Assembly (NCBI GenBank): GCA_002305355.1
Contig: DBQS01000016.1
Span: 36,279-100,278, forward strand
Origin: Patescibacteria group bacterium UBA1388
GTDB lineage: Bacteria > Patescibacteriota > Microgenomatia > UBA1400 > PJMF01
Direction of reading: 5' to 3'
DNA: 64,000 nt
Under the pieces are notes generated by a model. The model had not been told where the DNA came from and ran no database searches. It was given only the letters and a program-made list of their open reading frames with translations. Positions 36,119 to 45,404 of this stretch are shown piece after piece; position 1 is the first letter of the stretch; each line of letters starts with the position of its first letter. The translations under genes and the position numbers were made by a program.

Positions 36119-37924
36119 CTACATCCGCTGCGGCACCTCTATCCCTAATAATTCCAGTCCTAAACGGAGCACCCGTCCAAAAGCAGTCGTCAGAACAAGT
36201 CTGGCAGTGGTTTGAGCCCGATCATCAGTCACGATCTGCACCGAGTGATAAAATCTGGTGAAATTTTTCGCCAAGTCATAGAGATAAATTGCCAATCCTG
36301 AAGGGTTATAATTGGCCGCTGCTTGCTCAATCGATTCCGGAAATTTGGCCAAAGACAGGACCAACTGAAACTCCTCTTCTGTACCTAGCTCCAGGTGATC
36401 AAAATCCGGTTGAAAAATGTGCTCATCAAACTGACCTTTTTGCAGTAGTGATTGAGATCTGGCATAAGCATATTGTAAGTAAGCAGCACTATTTCCTTCT
36501 AAAGAGATAATCTTATCCCAATCAAAAGTAATGGTGCGACCCGGATCACCTGATAAATCTGTCCACTTGATGGCACCAATCGCCACTTGGTGAATTAATC
36601 GCTCTTTATCTTCAACGTTCTCAACCCGAGTTCTTTCTTCAACCAACTTGGTCGCCCGCTTAATGGCTTCATCGATCACCTCATCAAGCATCACCACCCG
36701 TCCTTTTCTAGTAGACATCTTGCCATCGGGCAATCTGATCATGCCAAATGAAACATGTTTCATTTGCGCAGGCTCAGCATAGCCCAACCGATGCATGATC
36801 TCAAAAAGTTGTTTTAAGTATAAGTTTTGGTCATTACCCACTACATAAATTAAATGATCAGCGCGTAATTCGGTGAGACGATATTTAGCAGTCGCGATAT
36901 CCCGCGTCATATAAATTGTGGCACCGTCAGATTTTTGAATAATGCTTGTCCCCAACCCCACATCTTCAAGATTAATCACGACTGCGCCTTCACTTTCCTG
37001 CGCGACACCCTTCTGATATGCCTCGTGAATGATTTCCTGGAGCATAGGTTCGTAAAAACTCTCACCAAGTGCCAAATCAAACTTGACACCAAGCCGGTCA
37101 TAAGTTTTCTGAAAATCAGCTAAAGACCAGTCCACTATCTGTTGCCAGCGTTTGCGAGCTGTTTTATCACCCTCTTCTAATCTTTTAAACCATGCGCGGC
37201 CGGCGGCTTTGATTTTTGCCGCTTGTTTGGTCGCTTCATCTAGGTCTTGATGAACATAATATTCTGACTGCGGATCGCCGGCCGCACTTACTTTGACATA
37301 CAATTTTTGCAACTCTGGAATAGGATCTTTGGCAATCTGCGCCTCATCCCCCCACAGCTCAATCGCCGCTAACAAGTGGCCAAACTGAGTACCCCAATCG
37401 CCAAGATGATTATCCTTGACCACTTCATACCCCAACTTCAAATAAATTTTAGCAAGTGCATCACCAATGATCGTTGATCGCAAATGACCTACACTCATCC
37501 GTTTGGCAATATTGGGCGAAGACATATCGATCACCACTTTGTGAGGCTGCGCTAAACTGTTGGCGCCGTAATCATCAGCCTGTTGCCAAATTTGCTGCAA
37601 AACCCGATTGGTGAACTGGGTTTTTTTTAAACTGACGTTAATATAAGCACCGACTGCAAAATAATGGTCAACCAAACTGCTTGATTCCACCATAAGCTTC
37701 TTCGTTAAACTGTCCGCGATCGCGGCTGGATCAGCGTGCAATTCTTGGCTAAAAATGCCACAATGGAAACCTAAATCTCCCACTTCAGTGGCTGGCACAC
37801 TAATAATCGGCACTTTGTTAGCTAATTCAGGTGAAATCCCACTGCGCTGCAATGCAGCTCGAATCTCGTCTTTAATTTTTGCTAATACTGGCTGATTTGG
37901 TGAATCGTGAGCTATGTTTAACAT
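36119..37924 (-). CDS. argS: Arginine--tRNA ligase
   Basis: SPNIAKRMSVGHLRSTIIGD is the HIGH-type motif. Also HLGDWGTQFG, MSTRKG (KMSK-like), and a DALR anticodon-binding C-terminus ending in Met. Confidence 0.95.
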   Translation of the reverse strand: MLNIAHDSPNQPVLAKIKDEIRAALQRSGISPELANKVPIISVPATEVGDLGFHCGIFSQELHADPAAIADSLTKKLMVESSSLVDHYFAVGAYINVSLKKTQFTNRVLQQIWQQADDYGANSLAQPHKVVIDMSSPNIAKRMSVGHLRSTIIGDALAKIYLKLGYEVVKDNHLGDWGTQFGHLLAAIELWGDEAQIAKDPIPELQKLYVKVSAAGDPQSEYYVHQDLDEATKQAAKIKAAGRAWFKRLEEGDKTARKRWQQIVDWSLADFQKTYDRLGVKFDLALGESFYEPMLQEIIHEAYQKGVAQESEGAVVINLEDVGLGTSIIQKSDGATIYMTRDIATAKYRLTELRADHLIYVVGNDQNLYLKQLFEIMHRLGYAEPAQMKHVSFGMIRLPDGKMSTRKGRVVMLDEVIDEAIKRATKLVEERTRVENVEDKERLIHQVAIGAIKWTDLSGDPGRTITFDWDKIISLEGNSAAYLQYAYARSQSLLQKGQFDEHIFQPDFDHLELGTEEEFQLVLSLAKFPESIEQAAANYNPSGLAIYLYDLAKNFTRFYHSVQIVTDDRAQTTARLVLTTAFGRVLRLGLELLGIEVPQRM

Positions 37925-37931
37925 ACTGGGA

Positions 37932-37937
37932 ATTATA
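37932..37937 (-). promoter_or_regulatory. Candidate -10 box TATAAT 7 nt upstream of the argS ATG (leaderless type)
   Basis: The minus strand reads TTAGTTTATAATTCCCAGTATG. There is no Shine-Dalgarno sequence. Confidence 0.4.
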
Positions 37938-38305
37938 AACTAACAATTATCAGCCTCATTCCTACTGTATAGGTCACCCATATTCCGGAAGATGTTTGAA
38001 CCTAAACACCAGGCAATTGGTTGTCATTAATTATCAGTCCTAACTTGACTAGGTTGTCAACGAATGCTAACCATTGCTGAAAATTTTGACATATACTCAG
38101 TATACCCATGAATCAGTAGAAAAGTGAGTGGGGAGATTGCATGATTAGGATTGCTGTTTTTTTTGATAAATTTTTTATTTCACAATCTAAAAAAGAAGTT
38201 AAATTGTATTGAGAGATGAAATGTTGAAATATGGTGGATGAAATGTAGTAATTAATATGTGTTACACTTCTTCCATAATTTTCATTCTCTAAAGCAAAAC
38301 CAGCT

Positions 38306-38773
38306 ATGACCACAAAAAAAGCATTTACCATTCCGCTCACAAAACAAGCCTTGCGTCAATTTCAAAAGCAACTTTCTAAACTAAAAAATGAAAGAGTTGA
38401 AGTCATGGCACGACTCAAAACTGCCAGAGAAATGGGCGATCTATCAGAAAATGGCGCCTACAAGTATGCCAAGTTTGAGTTGAGTTCGATTGGTAGACAA
38501 ATGAGGGAACTGCAGCACATTCTAGATCAAGCCGTTGTCACCACCAAGCAGATTAATGGTCAGGTTGGTTTTGGCAGCGTGGTTGAGCTGGAACGAAATG
38601 GAGTTAGAACCACCTACCAGATGGTAAGTGGCTATGAATCAGACCTTAGTCAACATAGGTTGTCGATTGAGAGTCCTCTCGGTCAAGCCTTATTAAACAG
38701 ACGAGTTGGTAAAAAGGTGATTGTCAACGCTCCAGTTGGTCAGCTAGAATACACAATTGTTAGTATTGATTGA
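38306..38773 (+). CDS. greA: Transcription elongation factor GreA
   Basis: An N-terminal coiled coil with AREMGDLSENGAYKYAK, and a C-terminal FKBP-like domain (ISIESPLGQALLNRRVGKKV). Confidence 0.9.
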   Translation: MTTKKAFTIPLTKQALRQFQKQLSKLKNERVEVMARLKTAREMGDLSENGAYKYAKFELSSIGRQMRELQHILDQAVVTTKQINGQVGFGSVVELERNGVRTTYQMVSGYESDLSQHRLSIESPLGQALLNRRVGKKVIVNAPVGQLEYTIVSID

Positions 38774-38782
38774 AAATTTATT

Positions 38783-39082
38783 GTGCCAATCCCAAAATAC
38801 CTGCGTTTCCATCAACTGATGATGGAACAAAACGCCACACTTTTCGCCAAATTCAAACCCATTCATGATGGATTTGCAGCTTCACCCGATGAGTGGGCGG
38901 TACAGTTTCATAGTGTGGGAAGAGATGTCACAGACGTGTGCCGAGATTGGGAAAGAAGATTATGCTATGGATCTGAAAAAGGGCAATACGCTAAATTTTC
39001 CTATAAATTATCTGATAAATTTTGGGGAGAAATTAAAAAAGATTTTCCGTTGATTGAACAAGTGGGGTTAATCAAATCTTGA
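38783..39082 (+). CDS. Hypothetical protein (99 aa, GTG start in the ORF track)
   Basis: An intact ORF 9 nt after greA; no family recognised. Confidence 0.4.
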   Translation: MPIPKYLRFHQLMMEQNATLFAKFKPIHDGFAASPDEWAVQFHSVGRDVTDVCRDWERRLCYGSEKGQYAKFSYKLSDKFWGEIKKDFPLIEQVGLIKS

Positions 39083-39240
39083 CCACATCGTGACCAACAG
39101 CAACTCACTAGTAATCAAATAAATACCAAAAAAACTAAACAGAAAGTCAATTCTGAAACTGAACCATTGTAGCTGGCATTGTATAACTTTACCCGATTAT
39201 TCGCGGAAAACAATGGTGCGTATATGACTCGTTTATATAA

Positions 39241-39272
39241 AAAAATAACCCCCCGCTTTCTTGCGGGGGGTT
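39241..39272 (-). terminator. GC-only hairpin terminator downstream of ORF 39334..39897
   Basis: AACCCCCCGC-tttctt-GCGGGGGGTT is a 10 bp stem. On the minus transcript it is followed by ATTTTTTATATA. Confidence 0.6.
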
Positions 39273-39333
39273 TCAAGTTTAGAGCCGAGTCTGTCCTCTC
39301 AGCCCTCTTACTTGATACTCACACCATTATTTC

Positions 39334-39897
39334 TTAATTTGAAAAACCATGCATCCGCAGCATCTCTGCCGGCATTTCACTTCTTAAATCTTCATCATTT
39401 GCACCAGCTATGTCTTTGTGAAAACCACAACCGTACCATTTGCCACCATATTTTCCTGGACCAAAATGCAAAGCTGCTATGTCAATACCATTTTCCTCTG
39501 CCCAGGTCACCATTTCATCATGCTGCGCTTGCATGATAGCAACCCGATCCTCGAAAGACATATCTTTTAATTCTTCCCTCATATCTTGATAAATCTGCTG
39601 ATTTTCCTGATGCTTAGCCAAAATTAATTGTTTTTGATTTTCCGTGATTAGACCAGCGACAACTGCTTCTTGTAATTCATCTTCATAGCGTGCCTGTATT
39701 TGTTGCTGCCTCTCCTCACGCAATTCATCAAATACTACTTGTACCTCTTGTTCGTCTTTGCCAAATTTGTCTGCCAATCTCCTGACTAAAGTATCTTCAT
39801 CAGCTCCAAAACCAAAAGCATCTGCCCGATCAGTTGCTAAAATCATAATTCCAACTAAAAAAATAAATGTAGGAATAAGTAAAATGCGTTTTTTCAT
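39334..39897 (-). CDS. Hypothetical secreted, helix-rich acidic protein
   Basis: Signal peptide MKKRILLIPTFIFLVGIMILATDRADA|FG. The mature part is rich in E/Q/K. It lies directly downstream of the 39975-41679 two-component system, behind its own promoter box. Confidence 0.5.
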   Translation of the reverse strand: MKKRILLIPTFIFLVGIMILATDRADAFGFGADEDTLVRRLADKFGKDEQEVQVVFDELREERQQQIQARYEDELQEAVVAGLITENQKQLILAKHQENQQIYQDMREELKDMSFEDRVAIMQAQHDEMVTWAEENGIDIAALHFGPGKYGGKWYGCGFHKDIAGANDEDLRSEMPAEMLRMHGFSN

Positions 39898-39923
39898 ATA
39901 GAGCAGTAATTGATAATTATTTA

Positions 39924-39957
39924 AATATAACGTACCAAATTGAGAAAATCTTGAAAA
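39924..39957 (-). promoter_or_regulatory. Direct-repeat response-regulator box + -10: TTTTCAA-GATT-TTCTCAA-N10-TATATT
   Basis: The plus strand shows TTGAGAA (39940-39946) and TTGAAAA (39951-39957), 11 bp apart. AATATA (39924-39929) is TATATT on the minus strand. Confidence 0.5.
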
Positions 39958-39974
39958 CTAATTACACTCATCTC

Positions 39975-40997
39975 TCAACCTTTTGATGGTAACCAGACAG
40001 AAAAAGTGCTGCCTTTGCGTACTGCTGACGTGACCATAATTTGACCGCCATGTTGGTCAACGATTTTTTGAGCCACCGATAAACCAAGTCCATACCCATG
40101 GTGTTGATAATTGCCACGAGTTTGATCTGCCCGATAAAACCTTTCAAAAATATGAGGGAGATCTCGGTGGGAGATTCCGCTTCCAAAATCTGTCACTTCT
40201 AACAAAACTTGGTTTTTTCGTTTATTGAGCTTAACTTTGATCACCGACCTTTTCGGGCTATACTTTAATGCATTATCAAGCAAAATTAGCACTAAATCTA
40301 AAAGTGCTCCTTCATCACCCCATACCCAATATTTAGTTTTCCCCTTTTCCAGTTGAATCGTGATCTCTTTTTTTTGGGCAGTGGCTTCCAAATATTCCAT
40401 ACCCCTAGTCACAATCTTTGTTAGGTTAAGCGGTTTTTTAATTAGCTGTTGATCTGTGACTTTTGCCAACCTTAATAAACTCTGACTGAGTGACTCCAGG
40501 CTTGTGACATCCTCTAAATTTTCCTTCAAAATTTTTTTCGTTTTTTTATCAAGTGCCCGATCCATTAAATTGACTTCAAGCGATGTTTTTAAGGCTGTGA
40601 TTGGAGTTTTCAATTCATGAGCTGCGTCGCCAATAAAGCGTTTTTGTTCCTCATGGATTTCTTCAATTGGCTTGAGTGTTTTGCCACTCAGAAAATACCC
40701 CGCTGCAGCAAAAAAAACAATAATAATTAAATTTATAATGATAAGCTGACCAGCAATTTGACTTTGAGCATTTCTTAAATCCTGAGGTGTAATTCTCCTC
40801 CCAAATCCTGGCCTACTTTGCAATCCAACTCCAGGCCATTCTTGCTGCAAGCGTTGTTCTATTCTGATATATTCTTGCTCTAAAACCGATGAAACGCGCA
40901 CATAAATCACGCCACTTAAAGAAGAAGTTATCAAAACGATGATCAGTAAGTACCACAGCGTTAATCTAATGCGAGCTGAAGCGAACATATCCGCCAT
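39975..40997 (-). CDS. Membrane sensor histidine kinase (2 TM, HisKA, HATPase_c)
   Basis: H-box GDAAHELKTPITAL; N-box LDNALKYS; G-boxes DFGSGI and GYGLGLSVAQKIVDQHGG. The gap to the upstream response regulator is 1 nt. Confidence 0.85.
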   Translation of the reverse strand: MADMFASARIRLTLWYLLIIVLITSSLSGVIYVRVSSVLEQEYIRIEQRLQQEWPGVGLQSRPGFGRRITPQDLRNAQSQIAGQLIIINLIIIVFFAAAGYFLSGKTLKPIEEIHEEQKRFIGDAAHELKTPITALKTSLEVNLMDRALDKKTKKILKENLEDVTSLESLSQSLLRLAKVTDQQLIKKPLNLTKIVTRGMEYLEATAQKKEITIQLEKGKTKYWVWGDEGALLDLVLILLDNALKYSPKRSVIKVKLNKRKNQVLLEVTDFGSGISHRDLPHIFERFYRADQTRGNYQHHGYGLGLSVAQKIVDQHGGQIMVTSAVRKGSTFSVWLPSKG

Positions 40998-40998
40998 A

Positions 40999-41679
40999 TT
41001 AATCAGTCACTCCAAACTTGTAACCAAATCCACGAACCGTGTGAATTAAGGGCTTTTCCTTCGGAAAAGCCCGATCTATTTTATTTCTCAAATAACCAAT
41101 GTAAACCTGAGCGGTGTTAGGTAAAACATCACTATCATAACTCCATACCTGCTCTGTGAGCTGATCCTTGGAAAGCACTTGTCCTTCATGCCTCATTAAA
41201 AATTCCAACAGCGCAAATTCTTTACGAGATAAAGAGATCGATTTGCCTGTTCTAGTTACCGCAAAACTTGTAGGATTAAGTTGCAGTGAACCAGACTGTA
41301 AAACTTCATTGACTTGTTTCTGTGGCCTTCTCGAAAGCGCCCGCACTCTGGCTAAGAGCTCGGTAAAAGCAAAAGGTTTGCCCAAATAATCGTCCGCCCC
41401 AGCATCCAAACCTTCTACCCGATCCTCGAGTTGAGTCTTGGCGGTCAACATTAAAATTGGCGTGTGATTACCAGCTGTTCTTAACTGCCGACAGATCTCC
41501 ATACCTGTCATGCTAGGTAACATTCTGTCCAAAATAATCACGTCATACTTTTCACCATCCGCCAAATCAAAACCTGTCGCTCCATCATAGGCCACATCCA
41601 CTATATAAGATTTAACTTCCAAACCTTTTTTGATGTAATTCGCAATTCGGTGTTCATCTTCAATTACCAAAATTTTCAT
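40999..41679 (-). CDS. OmpR/PhoB-family response regulator
   Basis: MKILVIEDE ... DVIILDRMLPSMTG ... LTAK ... KPF, with a winged helix LSRKEFALLEFL ... VYIGYLRNKI ... VRGFGYKF. Confidence 0.9.
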   Translation of the reverse strand: MKILVIEDEHRIANYIKKGLEVKSYIVDVAYDGATGFDLADGEKYDVIILDRMLPSMTGMEICRQLRTAGNHTPILMLTAKTQLEDRVEGLDAGADDYLGKPFAFTELLARVRALSRRPQKQVNEVLQSGSLQLNPTSFAVTRTGKSISLSRKEFALLEFLMRHEGQVLSKDQLTEQVWSYDSDVLPNTAQVYIGYLRNKIDRAFPKEKPLIHTVRGFGYKFGVTD

Positions 41680-41688
41680 TTCTTAGGT

Positions 41689-41721
41689 ATTATAAACTCT
41701 TTCTTGAGAATAAGTTGAAAA
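41689..41721 (-). promoter_or_regulatory. Direct-repeat response-regulator box + -10: TTTTCAA-CTTA-TTCTCAA-N9-TATAAT, with the -10 box 9 nt from the ATG
   Basis: The plus strand shows TTGAGAA (41704-41710) and TTGAAAA (41715-41721), 11 bp apart. ATTATA (41689-41694) is TATAAT on the minus strand. Confidence 0.55.
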
Positions 41722-41907
41722 TTTTCACATATAAATAGTTTTTATTACCGAGGAATATCCTAGTACTATTATTCTACATTTCATCATGAAATCTTTTGAA
41801 AGATATCAAACTAACTTTTTAAATGTGAATTTTTAATTGTTTAAAGCAGTAATTTTTTTCAGCGTGAATCGGAATATAATAATCCAGTAGTTCAGTATTA
41901 TTATATT

Positions 41908-42546
41908 GTGGCCACCACTCAAACAGACCTCCAATTTAAATTTGTTGAGCAATATATCAAACCTGTCACTGATGATACTCGCCTCAGACAAGCATTTCTT
42001 ACAACGCCGCGTACCTTGTTTGTGCCAAAACAATATCGCTCTCAAGCTTACCAGGACCATGCTATCCCACTTGATCACAACCAATCCATCAGTCAACCCA
42101 GTTTAGTTGCGTTGATGATCGACCTTTGTCAGTTAAAATCTGAACACAAAGTGTTGGAAATTGGCACGGGTTCTGGTTATCAAACCGCTCTCCTTTCCAA
42201 GTTAGTGCGAGCAGTTTATTCAATCGAAATTCATCCAAAACTAGCAGCATCCGCCCAAAGAAAATTGCATAGTTTAAAAATTTTGAACGCACATATTATC
42301 GTCGGTAATGGTCAATTTGGGTATTCTGTCCAAGCTCCATACGACGCCATCATTGTGACTGCGAGTGGCAAAAAATTGCCACCTGCATTAGTTGCACAAT
42401 TAGCACCAAACGGCTTGATTGTTTTTCCTCTTAAACATGATGATGGCAAAGAATATTTGTACCGTGGAATTAAGAAAAATGGCTTAGAGTTGCAATTGAT
42501 TGAACCTGTTAGATTCGTGCCGTTAATTAATTCTAAAAGAGACTGA
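41908..42546 (+). CDS. pcm: Protein-L-isoaspartate O-methyltransferase
   Basis: ISQPSLVALMIDL ... KVLEIGTGSGYQTALLS ... YDAIIVTAS. The ORF track uses a GTG start. Confidence 0.85.
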   Translation: MATTQTDLQFKFVEQYIKPVTDDTRLRQAFLTTPRTLFVPKQYRSQAYQDHAIPLDHNQSISQPSLVALMIDLCQLKSEHKVLEIGTGSGYQTALLSKLVRAVYSIEIHPKLAASAQRKLHSLKILNAHIIVGNGQFGYSVQAPYDAIIVTASGKKLPPALVAQLAPNGLIVFPLKHDDGKEYLYRGIKKNGLELQLIEPVRFVPLINSKRD

Positions 42547-42654
42547 CATAGGTTGACGGCGTGATAATTAATCGACAGTTTCTAACCTAAGTAGAACAGG
42601 ATACTCAAAACTTAGCTAAAAAATGGCAAAACAAAGCAAATACTGAGAATTAAC

Positions 42655-43599
42655 TTATATCCTAATCAATTGATATTCCAGCGAACCCAAACCAATTCGA
42701 TTCGCATATGCAAAAATACCGTAATCGTTGAACGGTCTTTTACCTTCTCTTTTTTCCAACAGATCAAAACAGGCTTTGTCAATTGCCACAGGATCTGTTG
42801 AAGCCAACAAACCTAGATCATCATAAATAAGTGGCATTGGTTCACCATCACAATCACAATTAGCAGTAATATTGATCGCAAAATTTAAATAAATATATTT
42901 TTGGCCATGCACTGCTGCTAAAGCATATTCTGCCACTCTCTCAGCAAATGTTTGACCATAATAAACATAATCATCATTCCAAATTTGGGAGCTACCAGTA
43001 GGCACTTGACTCGCTTTTGCCCAGTCAATTCTTTCTGTGACAGGGATTTCTACCTTGGCATGCGCCTCAGTTTTTCCACGACCAGACGCAAAACCAATTC
43101 CCAGTTGTTTGATTGCCCCGCCAAACCCAGTCATGATGTGCCCCTTAAAGTGACTCATCGCCAACACCTGATTTTGATCGGATAAACCTGCGGCAATCTT
43201 GCAGGTCTTGAAATGCTTGCCATTTCTTATCGATACCTCCACGTGGTCAAAACCGTCTTCGCCGTCAGCTATCTTGGCAGGAATATCTGTAAAGCCATGA
43301 TCTTTTAACACTTGCAAGTGTTTGTCTTCGGTTGAACGAATTCCAGCAGCGGTATTAGTTTCAATGTAGTACGGCTTAATTTCTTGATCTAATAAGTGGT
43401 CGATCAGATCTGAGTATGTCTGTGGTCTGGTAAATGTAGTATTTCCTGGTTCTCCTGAATGAATTTTGATGGGTAAATTTTTTTGTAAACTGAGTTGTTC
43501 ACTCTCGACTAGTTTTTTGAAAATTTGCAGCGTACCGGCTGCTAAAGCATCTGGATTAGTGAGCTTCTTGGCTGAAAGAAAGTAAACATTAGTCATCAT
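42655..43599 (-). CDS. DUF362 / COG2768-type uncharacterised protein
   Basis: MMTNVYFLS ... PIKIHSGEPGN ... ETNTA ... IADG ... MSHFKGHIMTGFGGAIKQLGIGFASGRGKTEAH matches my memory of this family. The start is moved to ATG 43599. Confidence 0.6.
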   Translation of the reverse strand: MMTNVYFLSAKKLTNPDALAAGTLQIFKKLVESEQLSLQKNLPIKIHSGEPGNTTFTRPQTYSDLIDHLLDQEIKPYYIETNTAAGIRSTEDKHLQVLKDHGFTDIPAKIADGEDGFDHVEVSIRNGKHFKTCKIAAGLSDQNQVLAMSHFKGHIMTGFGGAIKQLGIGFASGRGKTEAHAKVEIPVTERIDWAKASQVPTGSSQIWNDDYVYYGQTFAERVAEYALAAVHGQKYIYLNFAINITANCDCDGEPMPLIYDDLGLLASTDPVAIDKACFDLLEKREGKRPFNDYGIFAYANRIGLGSLEYQLIRI

Positions 43600-43650
43600 A
43601 GTGGGCAGTCTAACATACTTTATTGACTCAATAAATATAAAATTCAGCAC

Positions 43651-43673
43651 CCCCCCCGCCTTTGGCGGGGGGG
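43651..43673 (-). terminator. GC-only hairpin downstream of ORF 43734..44153 (weak U-tract)
   Basis: CCCCCCCGCC-ttt-GGCGGGGGGG is a 10 bp stem. On the minus transcript the T-rich run starts only about 8 nt later. Confidence 0.35.
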
Positions 43674-43733
43674 TAGGAATCAGTCTTCAGATATGGTCCC
43701 AATAAGGGTTACACTGTTAAGTAAATAGTATTC

Positions 43734-44153
43734 TTATTGTTGCCATCTACCCATACCACTACCCTGATTTTTACCTTGACCAGTGCCATTTTGTCCACTG
43801 TTCTGATCACCAGCTTGACCGGCACCGTTTCTCAAGCCCAAACCGAGCTCAGTGCGAATTTGCTTCGCTCCTTCAACATCACCGGCTGCTGCTAAACGAT
43901 GCGCTTCAGCAAAGCGAGGAAAGTTTTCCTCATTGACCATCTGCGTCACTCGACCCTTACCAGCCATCAATTCTGACCAAGCTTGATAGTCGTTGTTTTC
44001 AAAAGCTGCCAGCATGGCTGCATGTCTTTCTTCAGTATGATTGGGACCCTGTACACTGGGATCTCCCTGATAAGCTGCTGCTGCTCCAGAACCCATAGTC
44101 AAGCCTCCAAGCATTACGGCGGCGGCTATTAAACCGATGTATTGTTTCTTCAT
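43734..44153 (-). CDS. Hypothetical small secreted protein with a Gly/Gln/Asn-rich tail
   Basis: Signal peptide MKKQYIGLIAAAVMLGGLTMGSGAAAA. The RBS is GAAAGGAGGAGCAA. No family recognised. Confidence 0.5.
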   Translation of the reverse strand: MKKQYIGLIAAAVMLGGLTMGSGAAAAYQGDPSVQGPNHTEERHAAMLAAFENNDYQAWSELMAGKGRVTQMVNEENFPRFAEAHRLAAAGDVEGAKQIRTELGLGLRNGAGQAGDQNSGQNGTGQGKNQGSGMGRWQQ

Positions 44154-44193
44154 TTGCTCCTCCTTTCAAAAGGATAAATTGATAACGAGGCAG

Positions 44194-44227
44194 ATCATAA
44201 CGTTAGCTGTTGAAAAGTTAATGAAGA
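44194..44227 (-). promoter_or_regulatory. Related box + -10: TCTTCAT-TAAC-TTTTCAA-N10-TATGAT
   Basis: The plus strand shows TTGAAAA (44210-44216) and ATGAAGA (44221-44227), 11 bp apart. ATCATA is at 44194-44199. It shares the ACGTTAT junction with the box at 39924-39957. Confidence 0.4.
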
Positions 44228-44476
44228 TTTGTTGAGTGAACGATGAGAAATCTGCAATCCTTAACTTAGCTTGATCATTGCTTGACAAAATATTGAACAT
44301 GCATCATCTTTATTCAATCCAACACCGAGCTCAAATATATCTGTCATCGGATGAAAACTATAATTATAGGAAAATTTGACATTATCGTTTAGTGCGCAAT
44401 TTGTGAGCAGGCTAATTGATTCGCTTCCTTGAGATTTTCAGTACAAAATTTATTTTTAACCACCCGCGTTAGATCG

Positions 44477-45274
44477 TCACTCAACCATGCTTTCAAATTT
44501 TTTATTGAAAGTTGTCAATATTTGCGTGAATGTTACTTCAAATTCTTCAGCAGTTAATGAACTTGAAAAATGATGCCCATCTCTTTGTCCATCAGAAAAA
44601 CTCAAATTATCCATCAGATTATTTGGTCCACGGAAAATATCCACGTCAAATGTGATTTCATATCCATGCTCCCAATCTTCACGATCTGTCCTAATTGAAA
44701 CTGAATTATCTGGATTATCTTCTGGAATTAGATCAATTTTCATTCTCGCTTGGGCAGTTTCTGCCACGTTGATTGGCTGTCTATCATTTTTGATTTCAAT
44801 GGGCATTACATATTTTTTAGGTCTAACTAAAATTCTGATCATCCGATATTTACTGCTACCCAAAGTAATATTTTCCGCATAATAAGCACTAATCATATCC
44901 CCAAGTTCTGCGTGTTTCATTTCAAGCTTTTTATTTTTGGTCAAAGGCACTAAATTTTCGGTAAGAGACCTACATACTCCAGCAATCGTCTCAACCCGTC
45001 TTAACACGAATTCGTAGTTCTTAGAATTCAACCGAGCTGGATCTCGTGCAATTTGATAAGAATATTCTGCAATTGAAGACAATGTCAGCATCAATGCATC
45101 CCATACTGTGTTAGCGGCGAGCTTATCTTTTTCAGCAGAATTAAGACCAATGTCTGGAAATAATAAAACTGCATTGTCTTCTTCGCCTGTGTTGCAATAA
45201 CGTTTGATATTTCTCATTACTTTTTCCAATTCTGGAATGTTTTTGGCTATTTCACTGTCGTTTTCTAACATCAC
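44477..45274 (-). CDS. Hypothetical cytoplasmic protein (265 aa)
   Basis: Intact ORF; no family recognised. Confidence 0.4.
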   Translation of the reverse strand: MMLENDSEIAKNIPELEKVMRNIKRYCNTGEEDNAVLLFPDIGLNSAEKDKLAANTVWDALMLTLSSIAEYSYQIARDPARLNSKNYEFVLRRVETIAGVCRSLTENLVPLTKNKKLEMKHAELGDMISAYYAENITLGSSKYRMIRILVRPKKYVMPIEIKNDRQPINVAETAQARMKIDLIPEDNPDNSVSIRTDREDWEHGYEITFDVDIFRGPNNLMDNLSFSDGQRDGHHFSSSLTAEEFEVTFTQILTTFNKKFESMVE

Positions 45275-45404
45275 TTTTATCCGATCTATATATACAACTG
45301 GTGTTAATACTGAAATTAGTTTATCACGACTAATGCAACAACCATCAACAGCAATATGTCATACTGTTAGACACCAGCATCATGAATGAGCGTACTGTAA
45401 AAGA

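Noticed and set aside
37925-38305. 380 bp argS-greA intergenic region, inspected for a T-box leader, a tRNA or a structured RNA.
   Set aside because: I saw no specifier or T-box-like conserved sequence, no tRNA-like TPsiC or acceptor pattern, and no strong hairpins. The argS -10 box sits only 7 nt from the ATG, leaving no room for a leader.
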